From assembly GCA_951406725.2 (NCBI GenBank), contig OX597838.1:29636001-29700000 (forward strand): DNA of 64,000 nucleotides. The letters are read 5' to 3'. The position numbers were made by a program, and so were the translations under genes. The stretch is from Octopus vulgaris (lineage: Eukaryota). Every line of letters starts with the position of its first letter. The stretch's first letter is position 1. The notes below the pieces were generated by a model. It was not told where the DNA came from. It made no database searches and saw only the letters and a list, made by a program, of their open reading frames with translations. Below, in pieces: positions 62,201 through 64,000 of the stretch.

Positions 62201-63031
62201 TTGTGGGTAATAAAGAAATAGGTAATGTTCCATTTAAAATGGAGGCTGGACATGTCCGTGTGTCAGTTAGTGATTGAATGCCAATCTGTTTAGTGGCAGA
62301 AATGATCAATAAAATAAGCGCCAGAGTTAAACATAGGGTTGCTTTGTTTGACTAAATTCTTTAAGGTTGTGCTCCAGCATGGCCACAGTCCAATGACTGA
62401 AACGAGTTAAAGACAAAAAGGAAAAAAAGAGATCAAATATTAAGTTTTAGAATAACTTCTCTGCCCTGCCTTTGGGAAAGAAACATCTTTTTATTTCTCC
62501 CCCACCACCACCATCACCACTATCATCACCACTATCACCATCACCATCACCACCACCACCACTATCACCATCACCACCACCACCATCATCACCACCATCA
62601 TCATCATCATCATCATCATCACCACCACTATCACCATCACCACCACCATCACCATCACAACCACCATCATCACCACCACTATCACCACCACTATCACCAC
62701 CACTATCACCATCACCACCACCACCATCACCACCACTATCACCATCACCACTACTATCACCATCACCACCATCACAACCACTACCATCACCACCATCACC
62801 ACCACTATCACCACCACCACCATCATCACCACCACCATCACCACCACCATCATCACCATCACCACCACCACCACCACCACCACCACCACCACCACCACCA
62901 CCACCATCACCACCACCGTTCTGATTGTATTTCTTCTTTCTTTCTGTGAAGGTTGCTCAAAGAGTTGCCGATGAACGTGACGTAGCATGTGGACAGGGCA
63001 GCGAAGTGGGGTTCCAGATTCGCTTGGAAAG
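46742..63031 (+). CDS. DHX36: DEAH-box G-quadruplex helicase DHX36 (RHAU), 5' part; Walker A exon not found; continues beyond the right edge
   Basis: Exons 46742-46862, 49802-49891, 51635-51741, 53136-53607, 55086-55222, 59896-59991, 62952-63031 with compatible phases. Gly/Arg-rich start, DHX36-specific motif [43 protein letters not shown] (motif Ia), [17 protein letters not shown]. Confidence 0.93.
48739..49463. mobile_element. Three tandem copies of the second piggyBac-like MITE
   Basis: Copies 48739-48960, 48992-49211, 49243-49463 separated by an identical spacer. Confidence 0.85.
50352..50610 (+). mobile_element. Mariner remnant (TIR plus transposase C-terminal fragment); second piece at about 20515-20692 minus
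   Basis: GAGGGTGAGTCAAAAAGTAATG end; translation [17 protein letters not shown] matches the mariner DLAPSDYHLF region. Confidence 0.75.
52010..52560 (-). mobile_element. Decayed RTE LINE 3' remnant
   Basis: Minus strand [34 protein letters not shown] with stops. Confidence 0.65.
53660..54063 (-). mobile_element. Full-length family A SINE
   Basis: Complete head to tail on minus; flanked by near-identical TTTTGG(G)AATTTTTTTT. Confidence 0.85.
55296..55826. repeat. (TATG)n microsatellite
   Basis: Directly visible. Confidence 0.97.
56200..57760 (-). mobile_element. Penelope-like tandem (2 x about 555 bp) plus inverted copy, each with hammerhead-like motif H5
   Basis: Units start near 56201 and 56756; inverted copy about 57305-57760; (TA)n on both flanks. 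Minus strand 56995-56944: GAG CTGATGA tagaagtgtcgttttgactaatctt GAAA CGTACG TT CTC. Confidence 0.65.
58846..58893 (-). ncRNA. Minimal type I hammerhead ribozyme motif, family H1, best-preserved copy
   Basis: Minus strand: GACAC CTGATGA A GGCTG gagggtatat CAGCC GAAA CG TT GTGTT: stem I GACAC/GUGUU, full core, 5-bp stem II, palindromic ACGU in place of stem III. Confidence 0.75.
60745..61030 (-). mobile_element. RTE LINE 3' remnant
   Basis: Minus strand [36 protein letters not shown]. Confidence 0.75.
62500..62918. repeat. Mixed (CAC/CAT)n trinucleotide tract, intronic
   Basis: Directly visible, ending about 35 nt before a DHX36 acceptor. Confidence 0.95.
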
Positions 63032-63282
63032 GTTCGCTTCTCTTTTGCTTCTTGCTTGCTTGTTTCCTTGTTCTTTTACTCTTTTACTTGTTTCAGTCAT
63101 TTGACTACGGCCATGCTGGAGCATCGCCTTCAGTCAAACGAATCGACCCCAGGACTACTACTTTGTACGCCTAGTACTTATTCTATCGGTCCTTTTGCCG
63201 AACCGCTAAGTTACGGGGATGTAAACACACCAACATTGGTTGTCAAGCAATGGTGTGGGGACAAACACCAACACAAAAATAT

Positions 63283-63351
<69 letters not shown>

Positions 63352-63737
63352 TGTGTATATATACATACATGGCACACACACATGCAGTGGGCTTCTTTCA
63401 GTTTCCATCTACCAAATCTACTCACTAGGATTTGGTCGGCTCCAGGCTATAGCCCAAGGTGCCTCGCAGTGGGACTGAACCCAGAACCATGTGGTTGGGA
63501 AGCAACCTTCTTCCCACATATCTGTGCCTGCACCTTTTGTTTGTTTACTGTTTGGTTTTCTTATTTCTTTCTTTTTTTTTTTTATTTGATATTTTTTCTC
63601 TCTCCTTTCTCAAACAAATGAAATCATCAACAGTTGATTGGATTTAAAGTAGTTTTGAAGATTGAAATCTATCTCTTTTTCTATCTATCTATTTATGCCT
63701 CTTTCTGTATATGTTTCTCTTTTTCTGTCTATCTACA

Positions 63738-63809
<72 letters not shown>

Positions 63810-64000
63810 TTTATTTTAAGCAGCAGAAAATTCAATGATATCAGACAGTAAAAACTGTCTGATGAACGGCAGGAAACTCAGATCAGATTTTGTTGAATTT
63901 TCTGCTGTTAAAATAAAGCATATTACTCTACCACTGGTATTTGAGTACTCTTTTTTCCACCTTGTTTCACATTTATGTGTTTACTCCGGTATATATATAT

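Noticed and set aside
62472-62988. Extensin-like Pro/Ser ORF
   Set aside because: CAC/CAT tract in a DHX36 intron.

Overview
AT-rich, microsatellite- and SINE-dense animal DNA, most likely an octopus (inferred from the repeat families). Four spliced genes were reconstructed by hand from GT-AG junctions: the 5' end of GTF2H3 (minus, runs off the left edge), head-to-head with a complete 9-exon EIF2B1 (plus); a complete 12-coding-exon TADA2A (minus, convergent with EIF2B1); and the 5' part of DHX36 (plus, runs off the right edge), whose Walker A exon could not be found. Most ORF-track entries are repeat-derived noise. The most unusual signal is a set of at least five unrelated non-coding repeat families carrying type I hammerhead-ribozyme folds, several in Penelope-like tandem-plus-inverted insertions, two of them with target-site duplications. 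One family sits behind a tRNA-like Pol III head (a candidate hammerhead-SINE). Every copy in the sense orientation of a host gene has a damaged core. All calls are by eye; no search or folding program was run.
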